Source: Alphaproteobacteria bacterium
GTDB lineage: Bacteria; Pseudomonadota; Alphaproteobacteria; JBFXJJ01
Direction of reading: 5' to 3'
DNA length: 64,000 nucleotides
Assembly: GCA_050175015.1 (NCBI GenBank)
Contig: JBFXJJ010000002.1
Location: forward strand, 64,001 to 128,000
The notes beneath the pieces were generated by a model. It saw only the letters and a list, made by a program, of their open reading frames with translations. It was not told the DNA's origin and made no database searches. Shown here piece after piece: positions 17,844 to 26,982 of this stretch (position 1 is its first letter; every line of letters starts with the position of its first letter). The position numbers and the translations under genes were made by a program.

Positions 17844-19797
17844 TTTGGCTTTCTCCTAAACTTGAGTGGTTAAAATTACGACCCTCTACATATCTACAAC
17901 TCTTGCTATCCTTAGCTTTCTCAAGATAAATATTCTTATCTGGTAGAGGGTTTGTAGAGGGTTGGTTGTGATTGTAAGTATTGGTTTTGCTATGTTGTAG
18001 CGGGGTAGAGGGTTTAATCAGGTAACGAGAAAACGCATCTTTAAAATGCTCCTTGTGGTAACATTTTAAATTTTTATCATTCATTCTTTTTTGATGAGAT
18101 TTAATGCCAAAATCTTTTAAAACTACGGATAATTGAAGTGGGGTAATTGGTTGATAGTTTTTCCATTCACTCCAAGGGCTTTCGCAAATATCAGCAAGCT
18201 TTAAACATAATTCCTGAGAGCTAATAAAGCTTAACGGATAATCCTTAAAAATGTCTCTTATATCGCTTAACAAAAGGGTTTTAATCGAGCTGTCATCATC
18301 AGCATAACCAATGCTGTCTGTGGTGTTCATGGCTATATTTGCTTGCTCTAACCACTTCTTGCCTGCAAGTTCGGCTATGGCAAGAAGTGGTCGCCAGTTA
18401 TCAGCAGATCTATCATTAATCTGATTAGAAATTATGGGGTCTGCTTCCTGAAGTTTTAAATAATTATCATCTGCAAAACGACTGCATTTTTGTTTGATAA
18501 TATCAAATAAAGAGCTTTTGTCGCCTCTTAAGCGTTCAACCGTTTCTCCAGTAAACTTTCTTCGCATGGTTATAATAAGGCTTCTATCGGCTATGGTATC
18601 AGCTAACTTGCCAATTCCAGCTATGGCACAAGGGCAGAAAACATTAAAAAATCTAACGCTATGACCTTTGCTAACTTCAACATTGCGGATTACGCCTCCG
18701 CCCTTAGTATGACCTTCATTAATAATGCCTCTTAGTTCTTCCTTTTCTTTTAAAAAAGCATCAACTTCATCTATTAATAAAGTTGGAGCATATTCTTCAA
18801 TGGTTCTAAACATTGCAGAAGCTGTAAGGCTTGAAACTCTTAAGGATTTACAACAAAGAAAGTCCAACAACATAAGTAAGGTTGTTTTGCCGCATCTTTT
18901 TTCTGGAGAGTGAATAAGCAGTCTTGGGGAATGCTCAAAAGCATCAAAAGAGTAAGTAAATAAAACCCATAGAGCTAAAGAGGTTTCGGCATTATCAGGT
19001 AAAACAAGATATTTTTTAAAAATGGCTCTTAACTCATCTAAAAGCTCTTTGCCATTAACTGGCTTTGAATATGGATTTGGTCTTGGTAAATTAAGCTCTC
19101 TTCCTGCAAGTTGTTTGCTATCAGTTTTTGAGCTTGTTTCCAAAAGCGTTCTTAAAAAACTAATGCTTTTATCTTTAGGTAGCTCATCTGCTAAATCCCA
19201 ACCTTCAGGAAAATCTTCAGGAATTTTAACAATTGCTACTTCGTTTTGTTTTTTTAAGATTCTAAAAAGCTTTAAGATTGCTTGTTTGCCAGCTTCATCA
19301 TTATCCGCCCAAAGCTTAATTTTGCTGTTTTGTAAAATGCTCCAATTAGCTTTTGAGATAGCGTTAGCACCGCCAGCCCAAGTTAAAACCAGATAATCAG
19401 GAAAAAGAAGCCTTGCATTATCAGCAGTTTTTTCTCCTTCAACAATTAAGATATTATCATTTGGTCTTTGCTCCAAAAACTCTTCGCCATAAAGAGGTCT
19501 TGGCTCGGGCAACCCCTTCATCTGCCAAGCTGTTTTGCCATTTGCAAGTTTGCAATAAGTAAAGGGGCGAAAAGTCTTTTGCGTTGAGCCATTAACGGTT
19601 TCATATCTGGCAATATAGCCAACAAGCTCGTTTTTAGCGTTCTTATAAGCATAAACACTCTTTGGTTCATTCCATTCCGTAATTTTAAAAGAAGGCTCTG
19701 GAGCATTATCAGGAACAGGAATAATCGGTATTACTTCTGGCTCTTTTGTTAAGATGTTTGTTTTAGAAACATCTATTGGTTTAAAAAAATTATTCAT
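17836..19797 (-). CDS. Replication protein: Toprim primase fused to a DUF3631-type P-loop domain
   Basis: 'LIVEGEKTAD' and 'WADNDEAG' (Toprim); 'SPEKRCGKT' Walker A; 'LLIDEVD' Walker B; 'RSADNWRPLLAIA'. Confidence 0.85.
   Translation of the reverse strand: MNNFFKPIDVSKTNILTKEPEVIPIIPVPDNAPEPSFKITEWNEPKSVYAYKNAKNELVGYIARYETVNGSTQKTFRPFTYCKLANGKTAWQMKGLPEPRPLYGEEFLEQRPNDNILIVEGEKTADNARLLFPDYLVLTWAGGANAISKANWSILQNSKIKLWADNDEAGKQAILKLFRILKKQNEVAIVKIPEDFPEGWDLADELPKDKSISFLRTLLETSSKTDSKQLAGRELNLPRPNPYSKPVNGKELLDELRAIFKKYLVLPDNAETSLALWVLFTYSFDAFEHSPRLLIHSPEKRCGKTTLLMLLDFLCCKSLRVSSLTASAMFRTIEEYAPTLLIDEVDAFLKEKEELRGIINEGHTKGGGVIRNVEVSKGHSVRFFNVFCPCAIAGIGKLADTIADRSLIITMRRKFTGETVERLRGDKSSLFDIIKQKCSRFADDNYLKLQEADPIISNQINDRSADNWRPLLAIAELAGKKWLEQANIAMNTTDSIGYADDDSSIKTLLLSDIRDIFKDYPLSFISSQELCLKLADICESPWSEWKNYQPITPLQLSVVLKDFGIKSHQKRMNDKNLKCYHKEHFKDAFSRYLIKPSTPLQHSKTNTYNHNQPSTNPLPDKNIYLEKAKDSKSCRYVEGRNFNHSSLGESQND
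17882..18019. repeat. Iteron cluster copy B (putative oriV) inside the 3' end of rep
   Basis: CCCTCTAC at 17882 facing GTAGAGGG at 17943, 17954 and 18005 and GTAGCGGG at 17997, with AT-rich spacers. Confidence 0.7.
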
Positions 19798-20090
19798 AGT
19801 TCTACCCCCAGCATTTTAGCTAGATTAAGTAAAGCTTCGGTTTGAGTGGTTTGGGTTAGGTATGAAGCAAGAGAGATAATGTCGCTTCCTTTATCTCCTG
19901 TGGCAAAATCAGCCCATTTACCAGTTTGCATATTAACTTTAAAAGAGCCTTTGGATTTATCGGTGCGAGTTGGATTTAAAGCAACCCATTCGCATCCCTG
20001 ACGTTTGCCATCAGGTAGCCACCGAGCTAAAATTGCAGGTAAAACCGATAACCCAACATCATTAACCCTCATAAAATTTGCTTTTTTCAT
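19794..20090 (-). CDS. Stand-alone primase N-terminal (zinc-finger-derived) domain
   Basis: 'WLPDGKRQGCEWVALNPTRTDKSKGSFKVN..TGKWADFATGDKG.DIISL'; 4-nt overlap with rep; ATG at 20090 preferred. Confidence 0.7.
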   Translation of the reverse strand: MKKANFMRVNDVGLSVLPAILARWLPDGKRQGCEWVALNPTRTDKSKGSFKVNMQTGKWADFATGDKGSDIISLASYLTQTTQTEALLNLAKMLGVEL

Positions 20091-20094
20091 GAGG

Positions 20095-20328
20095 TTAATC
20101 CGCCATTGGATATTCAATTCTTCTTTTTTCTAAAAATTCGATTAAATCGCTAAGCTTATATTTAACCATTCTTTTGCCGAGTTTTATCATTGGCAAATTA
20201 TAACGCTTATTTGTTGCCCAAGCTTCAAGAGTTGAGGGTTTTACTCCCAAAAATAAAGCGGCTTCTTTTCTGGTTAAAAGCTTTTCTTGGTTTTGAGTGC
20301 TTGTGTTTTCTGTATTATCAAGTTTCAT
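20095..20328 (-). CDS. Excisionase/AlpA-like HTH protein
   Basis: 'LLTRKEAALFLGVKPSTLEAW...LPMIKLGKRMVKYKLSDL'. Confidence 0.88.
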   Translation of the reverse strand: MKLDNTENTSTQNQEKLLTRKEAALFLGVKPSTLEAWATNKRYNLPMIKLGKRMVKYKLSDLIEFLEKRRIEYPMAD

Positions 20329-20408
20329 AATATAATCTCCTATACGATTAAAAAAAATTAAAGGAAGTTATATTCTGGATAGATAAATCAAGCTTTGAAA
20401 AGAACAAA

Positions 20409-20446
20409 TGGGTGTCTAGCACCCCTATAAAAAAGGCAGACACCCA
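20409..20446. promoter_or_regulatory. Inverted repeat upstream of the xis-rep-mob operon
   Basis: TGGGTGTCT-N20-AGACACCCA. Confidence 0.5.
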
Positions 20447-20483
20447 AGTAAAAACATTGAAAAATCAGGGTTTTTATTTTTAA

Positions 20484-21392
20484 CTATTTTTCTGATTTTG
20501 AATAGCTTCCTTGCTTTTTGCTAGCTTTTCGCATAAAGGTTGCCATATCTTTTATATTAGATTCGGATATTTTATAGCATTTATCATCATCATTTTCGGT
20601 ATAATAGCCCAATTCTTTTGCCCTTTTTGTTAAATCAGAAATTAAAGCTTCTTTGTTTTCACAATATTTTTGCTTTTTATCGTCTCGGTGTTTTGCTTGT
20701 AGAGAAAGAATAACTTGTAAAAACTCGCTTTGCTCTTCAAAAGGAGGAAGCTTTGAATAAATTGTTTTGTTCAAATCCTTATCGTGAACATCTCCTAAAA
20801 TAAATTTTTTATCTCTAAAATCCTCAATGTTCTGATAACGCTGTTTCAAACTATCATAATTAACTTTTAAAACTTTTGTAGTAACAGTCATAAAGTAATA
20901 AAAAACAATCGGAAAAAGTGAAAACAAAAAAACTCCCAAAAAAGTATATAAAACTTGGATATTGCTAACTAAGTCAGATTCGTTAAGCCCTGCCCATAAA
21001 GTTATTAAAAAACATAAAATTATAAAAAGGGGAGATAATAAAAAATAATACTTATTAAAAATCGTTTGTTTTTGCATTAATATTCGGTTTGAGCTGAGCT
21101 TTGAAAAAAGTAGATATTTATTGTTTTCAATAAAGGTTTTGCCTTTAATCATATCTTTTAATCTAAAGTTTTCTTCTTCAGAAATCTTATAATCAACATT
21201 GTTAAACATAAGGTCTATTAACAATTTATTTTGAGCATTTATAAGAGTTTCTTCATCAACTTCACTAAATCCTAAATCCTGATACAAGCCTTTGTCTTTA
21301 AGAATTTCTTTTTCTTTAGGATCAACAGGCTCTTTTTGAAAAAACAACCAATTTAACGCACTATGTAAATCTATATATTTTGTTTTTGCCAT
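20484..21392 (-). CDS. Hypothetical protein with two central TM helices, downstream of the integrase
   Basis: 302-aa ORF 8 bp after int; hydrophobic YYFLLSPLFIILCFLITLW and VLYTFLGVFLFSLFPIVFYYF. Confidence 0.7.
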   Translation of the reverse strand: MAKTKYIDLHSALNWLFFQKEPVDPKEKEILKDKGLYQDLGFSEVDEETLINAQNKLLIDLMFNNVDYKISEEENFRLKDMIKGKTFIENNKYLLFSKLSSNRILMQKQTIFNKYYFLLSPLFIILCFLITLWAGLNESDLVSNIQVLYTFLGVFLFSLFPIVFYYFMTVTTKVLKVNYDSLKQRYQNIEDFRDKKFILGDVHDKDLNKTIYSKLPPFEEQSEFLQVILSLQAKHRDDKKQKYCENKEALISDLTKRAKELGYYTENDDDKCYKISESNIKDMATFMRKASKKQGSYSKSEK

Positions 21393-21400
21393 AATTTAAC

Positions 21401-22564
21401 CTAATCGTTTTTCTTACCCAATTCTTCAATCATATTAACCGCAGTTGCCATTGATGCTCTAACTGGGTCTTGGTTTAATCTTGCATAAATTTGAGTTGCG
21501 TTTGCGGTTTTATGCCCCAAAGATTTACCAATAATTGGCAAGCTTGCCCCTGTTATAGCTTGATAACTGCCTAAAGTTCTTCTTATATCGTGTATTCTTA
21601 AATTTTCCAACTCTGCTTTTTTTAAAATGCTTTTCCAAGCCGTTTTAGGCTCTTCAAAATGACCTGATGCACTTGCTTTGCTCGGAAAAACCCAAGTTTT
21701 ATCTTTTTCTATGCTTTGATAGCGTTCCTTTAAAAGTTCAACCGCTTGTTCTACTAAAGGAACATCTAAACTTTCGCCATTTTTAGTTTCGGGGATATGC
21801 CAATTTTGATTGTTAAAATTTATCTCTTCCCATCTCATCGATAAAACATTGCTCTTTCTCTGCCCTGTATAAATTGAAATATAAAAAAAGTCTTTGGCTG
21901 TATCATTTGGATATTCATTAATAGCTTTAAAAAGTTTTGCCATTTCTTCAGGCTGAATAAATCTATCTCTTGACTTGGTTTTATATTTTTTAATGCCAAT
22001 TGCTGGATTTTTATCTACATAACCCCATTCAACAGCTTTATTAAATACGTGGCGAATAAGCGTTAAAGCGTTATTGGCTGAGTAAATTCCGTTGTTATTG
22101 CCAAGTTTGGTATGAAGTTTTTCAATATCATTTTTTGTTATTGAGGTTATTTTTTTATAATCCCAACTTTTAAAATAACGATTGTAAATATCAATGTTTT
22201 CTTGCCAAGTTCTTTGTTTGGTATGTTTTTTAGAATACTTTTCAATATATTCATCAAAAAGCTCTTGTAATACCAGTTCTTCCTTAAGCCTGTTCTTTTC
22301 AATATTAGGATTTTTACCTTCACTAAGCTGAGAAATAATTTCTAAAGCTTTAGCTCGAGCTTTGATTAAAGTTATTTCTGTATTTTTACCAACTGTAATT
22401 CTTAAAGGTCTGCCATTATGTTTTTTATAAACAACATAGGTTTTAATCCCTTTATCGGTAACTCGGCATATTAAACAGCTAACTTTATCATCTTTAACTG
22501 AATATCTTTTGCCCTCTTTTGCAGGCTTTAATCTTTCAATATAACTTTCTGTAAAATTTGGCAT
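21401..22564 (-). CDS. int: Tyrosine integrase (P4-like, with N-terminal arm-binding domain)
   Basis: 'TGQRKSN' (R), 'TKNG' (K), 'HDIRRT' (HxxR), 'LGH', 'TQIYA' (Y); N-terminal three-stranded arm-binding domain. Confidence 0.96.
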   Translation of the reverse strand: MPNFTESYIERLKPAKEGKRYSVKDDKVSCLICRVTDKGIKTYVVYKKHNGRPLRITVGKNTEITLIKARAKALEIISQLSEGKNPNIEKNRLKEELVLQELFDEYIEKYSKKHTKQRTWQENIDIYNRYFKSWDYKKITSITKNDIEKLHTKLGNNNGIYSANNALTLIRHVFNKAVEWGYVDKNPAIGIKKYKTKSRDRFIQPEEMAKLFKAINEYPNDTAKDFFYISIYTGQRKSNVLSMRWEEINFNNQNWHIPETKNGESLDVPLVEQAVELLKERYQSIEKDKTWVFPSKASASGHFEEPKTAWKSILKKAELENLRIHDIRRTLGSYQAITGASLPIIGKSLGHKTANATQIYARLNQDPVRASMATAVNMIEELGKKND

Positions 22565-22567
22565 AGT

Positions 22568-23278
22568 TTAATTCCTAGCTATTATTTTATTAACAGGTTT
22601 AGCAAAAAGACTTTTCTCAAATGATTGCAAAGGGATTGCAAATTCTGAGTTCTTTACTATTAAACAATCGTCTAAAAATCTGCTTCTGTTATCAATTTTT
22701 ATATAATGACTGTAACCGCCAAACAAAAAAATGTAGCAATTGGTTTGTTCAAACTTATGCTTAATCGGGCTAAAAAACATAATATCTATATCATCTTCTT
22801 CTATTTTGTTATTTTCAAAATAGTGTTTCCAAATAGATATTTCAAAAAAAGAAGCTTCAGGTAATTTGTTGTTCAACAAACTGTTTTTTATTATCTTGCT
22901 GTATTTTTCACCTAAATCAATTTTTTTAAATTCAGGTCTTTTAGATATATGGGCTCTCCATATAATTGATAGGTAAAAAAGTTTTAATTTATTAGAATCA
23001 ATATTTTTAACCTTTATGCCGTTTTTATCTCTTTCACAAATAAATTTTTCTAAATTAAATAAAACTTCATAAGAATATTCATCGTATTTGCCAAGTTTTC
23101 CATCACAGTCTGAACATAGGATTTCGTTGTCATAAACTCCTATTCTATTTTTTTTAGGATAATCACCATCATAACTATATATTTTTTGTAGCTTTTTTGT
23201 TTTTGTAAAATACTTTTCAGGAATTATATGTGCCTTTATAAGTTTTTTATCCTCACCACACAAAAAACATTTATTCAT
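22568..23278 (-). CDS. HNH-like zinc-binding endonuclease family protein
   Basis: 'CFLC...KAHIIP...ILCSDCDGKLG' two CxxC pairs with His. Confidence 0.65.
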   Translation of the reverse strand: MNKCFLCGEDKKLIKAHIIPEKYFTKTKKLQKIYSYDGDYPKKNRIGVYDNEILCSDCDGKLGKYDEYSYEVLFNLEKFICERDKNGIKVKNIDSNKLKLFYLSIIWRAHISKRPEFKKIDLGEKYSKIIKNSLLNNKLPEASFFEISIWKHYFENNKIEEDDIDIMFFSPIKHKFEQTNCYIFLFGGYSHYIKIDNRSRFLDDCLIVKNSEFAIPLQSFEKSLFAKPVNKIIARN

Positions 23279-23295
23279 TTTTAAAAATCCTCAAA

Positions 23296-23387
23296 CTGGG
23301 GCTAATTTTTTAAATTTAATTTCAACAAAAGTGTTTTTTTAGAAGGGTTTTATAAAAATCTCGGGGCTACTCTGGGGCTACCTTTTT
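23296..23387 (+). promoter_or_regulatory. Putative integrase arm-type sites, right end
   Basis: CTGGGGCTA at 23296 and GGGGCTAC-TCT-GGGGCTACC-TTTTT at 23363-23387. Confidence 0.65.
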
Positions 23388-23501
23388 GATAAAAAACCAT
23401 CAAAAACGACTTGTTGTTATAAAACCAAGAATCAGCCAAAGGCGTTGAATTGTCAAGGATTATAATGGCATATAAAAAACCGTCAAACCTAAAACCAGCA
23501 A

Positions 23502-23547
23502 ATTGTGGTTCAGGGGGTCGTCGGTTCGAATCCGATCATTCGCCCCA
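23502..23547 (+). repeat. att direct repeat, right copy (displaced 3' half of tRNA-His)
   Basis: ATTGTGGTTCAGGGGGTCGTCGGTTCGA-AT-CCGATCATTCGCCCCA. Confidence 0.95.
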
Positions 23548-23553
23548 TATTTT

Positions 23554-23591
23554 AAAGGGGTTTTAGAGTTTTTTCTCTAAAGCCCTTTTTT
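23554..23591 (+). terminator. Probable original host tRNA-His terminator
   Basis: AAAGGGGTTTTAGAG...CTCTAAAGCCCTTTTTT. Confidence 0.7.
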
Positions 23592-24014
23592 ATTTTTCAA
23601 ATTAAAGCACCAATTTATTTTAAGACAAGTATCATCTTGTAACAAAATAACCATAACTTAAATACTACGACAACGATTATATGACTTAATGTGACTTTAT
23701 CATTAAAGTCGCGACCACTTAAAATAGAAAAGAGACACATAATCTTGTTACAGTTTAATTTTCTATCAAAATTTTCAATATGTTAACAACACAACTGATT
23801 CTTTATCAAATATAGTCAGTATTTTTATGCCTTTTTCTACCGTTCATTAATATATTTTTTAATAATTAAAGTAATTTGACAATATTGTTATTTTAATATA
23901 TTACAGTTACGGCAAATTAATTATTATTGCAGCAATCTACACTTAAAAATTAATTTGCAACAATGATTACAACTTATTTTAGTAAACACTAAAATACAAC
24001 AGGGACGTTGTTCT

Positions 24015-26051
24015 ATGATTAAAAAGTTACTTGAAAACTCTTCTCTTAAAAACAAACTTACAGCCTTATCTGCAATCTTTATCATACCTATTGCTTTCTT
24101 AACATATCTTTTGATTGTCCAAAGCTTAAAGGAAATCAACTTTTCTGCTAAGGAAATTGACGGCAATAAATATATTATGCCTTTACAAACATTATTAATT
24201 GATACTATCGACAATCATCAAGGCAAAATGAGCGATGCTGATTTTGTTTCCGCAGTAGGGGAACACATTGCTACCGTTCAAAAAATGAATGATCTCTATG
24301 GTGAAGCAATGAATTCAGTTGAACCTGCTGAAGATGTTATTGCAACAGGCAAAGAAATCGTACAAAGCTTTACAACTTTATCACCTGAAGCTAAAAACAA
24401 AATGTTTGATGAAATGCTTGGCGCAACATTAACTCTTATTGCCCGCATTGGTGATGGTTCAAACCTCATTCTTGATCCTGACTTAGATTCATATTATGAA
24501 ATGGACATCATTCTGCTTAAAATGCCTGAGTTGGCAAACCGCTTAAGCCAAATAACCGATGTTACTCTCGACAATTTAAGATCTGGCGAAAATACTCTTG
24601 AAAGAAGAGCTCAATACTTAACTAAAAAAGGGGAACTTGCTTCAACCGTTTCAGCTTTAGCTGGTTCTATTGAATCTGCATATAGAGGAAGCTTAGATGG
24701 TTCTGTAAACAAAATTCTTTCTGGTCCTTATGCGAAATACAGCAATATAATTGAAAAATTTAGCGCAACCTTAGAAGAAGCTTCAAAAGAAAATGCTGAC
24801 ATATCTCTTGAAAATAATATTTTGGCATTAAGAGAAAGTGTTCACAATCAAACTCGTGAATTCTGGCTTAGCGTTGCTGATGACTTAGACCGTCTTCTTA
24901 ACTTACGTGTTCAAGGTTTCAAAGACACCTTGAAAGAACGTTTAATTTTAGTTGGTATCGTTTTAGTTCTAGCTTTGATTTTCTCTTGGCAGGTTTGCAG
25001 CGTTGTTAGAGCAACTATCAACGGCTTATCAAAAACAATGACCAGTCTTGCATCTGGAGATACCTCTGTTATCGTCCCTTTCTCAGAACGCCACGAAGAA
25101 TTCGGAAAAATGGCAAAAACAGTTGAGACTTTCAAACAAGCCCTAGTTGAACGCAGCATTCTTGAAGAAAAACAAGATGCAGAAAACAAAGCTCGCGAAG
25201 AACGTCATGTAAAACTAACAGAAACAACCAACCGTTTTGCCGATGCTATTACAAGAATTGTTGAAAACCTTTCAGGTCAAATTCAAAAGCTTAATGTTTC
25301 TGCAAACAATCTTTCTGCTAACGCTGAACAAACAGCAAGACAGAGCAACGCCGTTTCTTTAGCTACCGAGAGAGCATCTAACAACGTCGGAACAGTTGCA
25401 TCTGCTAGTACCGAGCTTGAAGCCTCAATTAGAGAGATTGCCCGTCAAGTTTCCGATGCTGCTGAAATTTCAAGCGCAGCCGTTGCCAAAGCCGAAGAAA
25501 CTAATGAAAGAGTTTCTCGTCTTTCAGCCGCAGCAAGCCGCATTGGTGAAGTAGTTAACTTAATTACGGACATTGCTAGCCAAACCAATCTTCTTGCTCT
25601 TAACGCAACGATTGAAGCTGCCCGTGCTGGTGATGCTGGTAAAGGCTTTGCTGTTGTTGCTGGAGAAGTTAAAAATCTTGCTTCACAGACAGGAAAAGCA
25701 ACCGATGAAATCAGCCAGCAAATCGAAAGCGTACAGTCTGAAACCAACCAAGCTGTTTCTGCTATCGGTGAAATCAGTAATATTATTCGCAGTATTAATG
25801 AACTATCAACGTCTATCGCTGGTGCGGTAGAACAACAGAGCGCTGCCACAGGCGAAATTGCTCGTAACGTGGAAGAAGCTTCACGCAGCAGTATGGAAGT
25901 AAGTGATAACATTGCTAATGTTACCACCGTTGCTCAGGAAGCAGGCAGTATGGCTAAAGAATTATTCTCTGCAGCCAATATTCTTATGAATGAGCAAAAA
26001 ATCTTAAAAGACGAAGTTGAACGTTTTCTTGCTGGCATTAAAACCGCATAA
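24015..26051 (+). CDS. Methyl-accepting chemotaxis protein (helical periplasmic sensor, HAMP)
   Basis: Two TM segments, '[13 protein letters not shown]', [31 protein letters not shown]. Confidence 0.95.
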   Translation: MIKKLLENSSLKNKLTALSAIFIIPIAFLTYLLIVQSLKEINFSAKEIDGNKYIMPLQTLLIDTIDNHQGKMSDADFVSAVGEHIATVQKMNDLYGEAMNSVEPAEDVIATGKEIVQSFTTLSPEAKNKMFDEMLGATLTLIARIGDGSNLILDPDLDSYYEMDIILLKMPELANRLSQITDVTLDNLRSGENTLERRAQYLTKKGELASTVSALAGSIESAYRGSLDGSVNKILSGPYAKYSNIIEKFSATLEEASKENADISLENNILALRESVHNQTREFWLSVADDLDRLLNLRVQGFKDTLKERLILVGIVLVLALIFSWQVCSVVRATINGLSKTMTSLASGDTSVIVPFSERHEEFGKMAKTVETFKQALVERSILEEKQDAENKAREERHVKLTETTNRFADAITRIVENLSGQIQKLNVSANNLSANAEQTARQSNAVSLATERASNNVGTVASASTELEASIREIARQVSDAAEISSAAVAKAEETNERVSRLSAAASRIGEVVNLITDIASQTNLLALNATIEAARAGDAGKGFAVVAGEVKNLASQTGKATDEISQQIESVQSETNQAVSAIGEISNIIRSINELSTSIAGAVEQQSAATGEIARNVEEASRSSMEVSDNIANVTTVAQEAGSMAKELFSAANILMNEQKILKDEVERFLAGIKTA

Positions 26052-26070
26052 AACTTCCTTTAAATAAAAC

Positions 26071-26105
26071 AAAAAGAGCATAGCAACGGTTATGCTCTTT
26101 TTTTT
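26071..26105 (+). terminator. Intrinsic terminator
   Basis: AAAAAGAGCATA...TATGCTCTTTTTTTT. Confidence 0.8.
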
Positions 26106-26248
26106 GACTTTTTAATTTGCCTCACGGCAGCCTTAACAGGCTAAGTTTTTACTTTTGTAAAAGTAAAATCAAAACTCTTTTATATAGTAAAAATAGAAAT
26201 AAATGTAAAATATTCTAAAAAGACAAGTACTCTAAAATGTAAAGTCAT

Positions 26249-26285
26249 AAAAAAAAGACCAGAGATTAAATCTTTGGTCTTTTTT
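26249..26285 (-). terminator. sodB terminator
   Basis: A8-GACCAGAGA-TTAAA-TCTTTGGTC-T6. Confidence 0.75.
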
Positions 26286-26312
26286 ATTTATTTCGTATTT
26301 TATTAACGAAGT

Positions 26313-26912
26313 TTATGCTTTAGCTAAATTAGCATTAGCAAAATCCCAATTAACTAAATTGGCTAAGAACGCTGCTACGAAATCAGGACGACGGTTTTGA
26401 TAATCAAGATAATAAGCGTGCTCCCAAACATCTACGCATAACAATGCAACTTGTCCTCTTGCTAAAGGCGTATCGGCGTTTGATGTTTTTACAATTTTAA
26501 GCTTTCCGGCTTCAACAATCAACCAAGCCCAACCGCTTCCAAATTGAGTTGCCGCAGCAGTTTTAAACTCTTCAGCAAACTTTTCATAACTGCCAAAATC
26601 AGCATCAATTTTAGCTTTTAAAGCACCAGTTGCTTCACCACCGCCATTTTTTTTCATACTATTCCAAAAAAAACTGTGATTCCACACTTGAGCAGCATTA
26701 TTGAAAACGCCTGTTTTCTCTGGATTCTGATAAGTTTCACGAACAACTTTTTCTAAAGGAAGGTTCTCTAATTCTGTACCTTTCGTTAGATTATTCAAAT
26801 TATTAACATATCCTTGATGATGCTTATCATAATGAAAATCAAGGGTATTTTTAGAAATATATGGTTCTAAATCGGTTTTTTCGAATGTTAGTTTTGGTAA
26901 TTCAAATGTCAT
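26313..26912 (-). CDS. sodB: Superoxide dismutase [Fe]
   Basis: HYDKHH, FNNAAQVWNH, QFGSGWAWL, DVWEHAYY. Confidence 0.96.
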   Translation of the reverse strand: MTFELPKLTFEKTDLEPYISKNTLDFHYDKHHQGYVNNLNNLTKGTELENLPLEKVVRETYQNPEKTGVFNNAAQVWNHSFFWNSMKKNGGGEATGALKAKIDADFGSYEKFAEEFKTAAATQFGSGWAWLIVEAGKLKIVKTSNADTPLARGQVALLCVDVWEHAYYLDYQNRRPDFVAAFLANLVNWDFANANLAKA

Positions 26913-26982
26913 ATTTTCACCTCATTTTATACTTTATAATAATTATAAACATATTTACATCATATTGTTTTTTAAAATTTTT

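Noticed and set aside
23502-23547. Second tRNA-His gene
   Set aside because: Only the anticodon loop to CCA is present, with no 5' acceptor strand or D-arm; it is the att repeat
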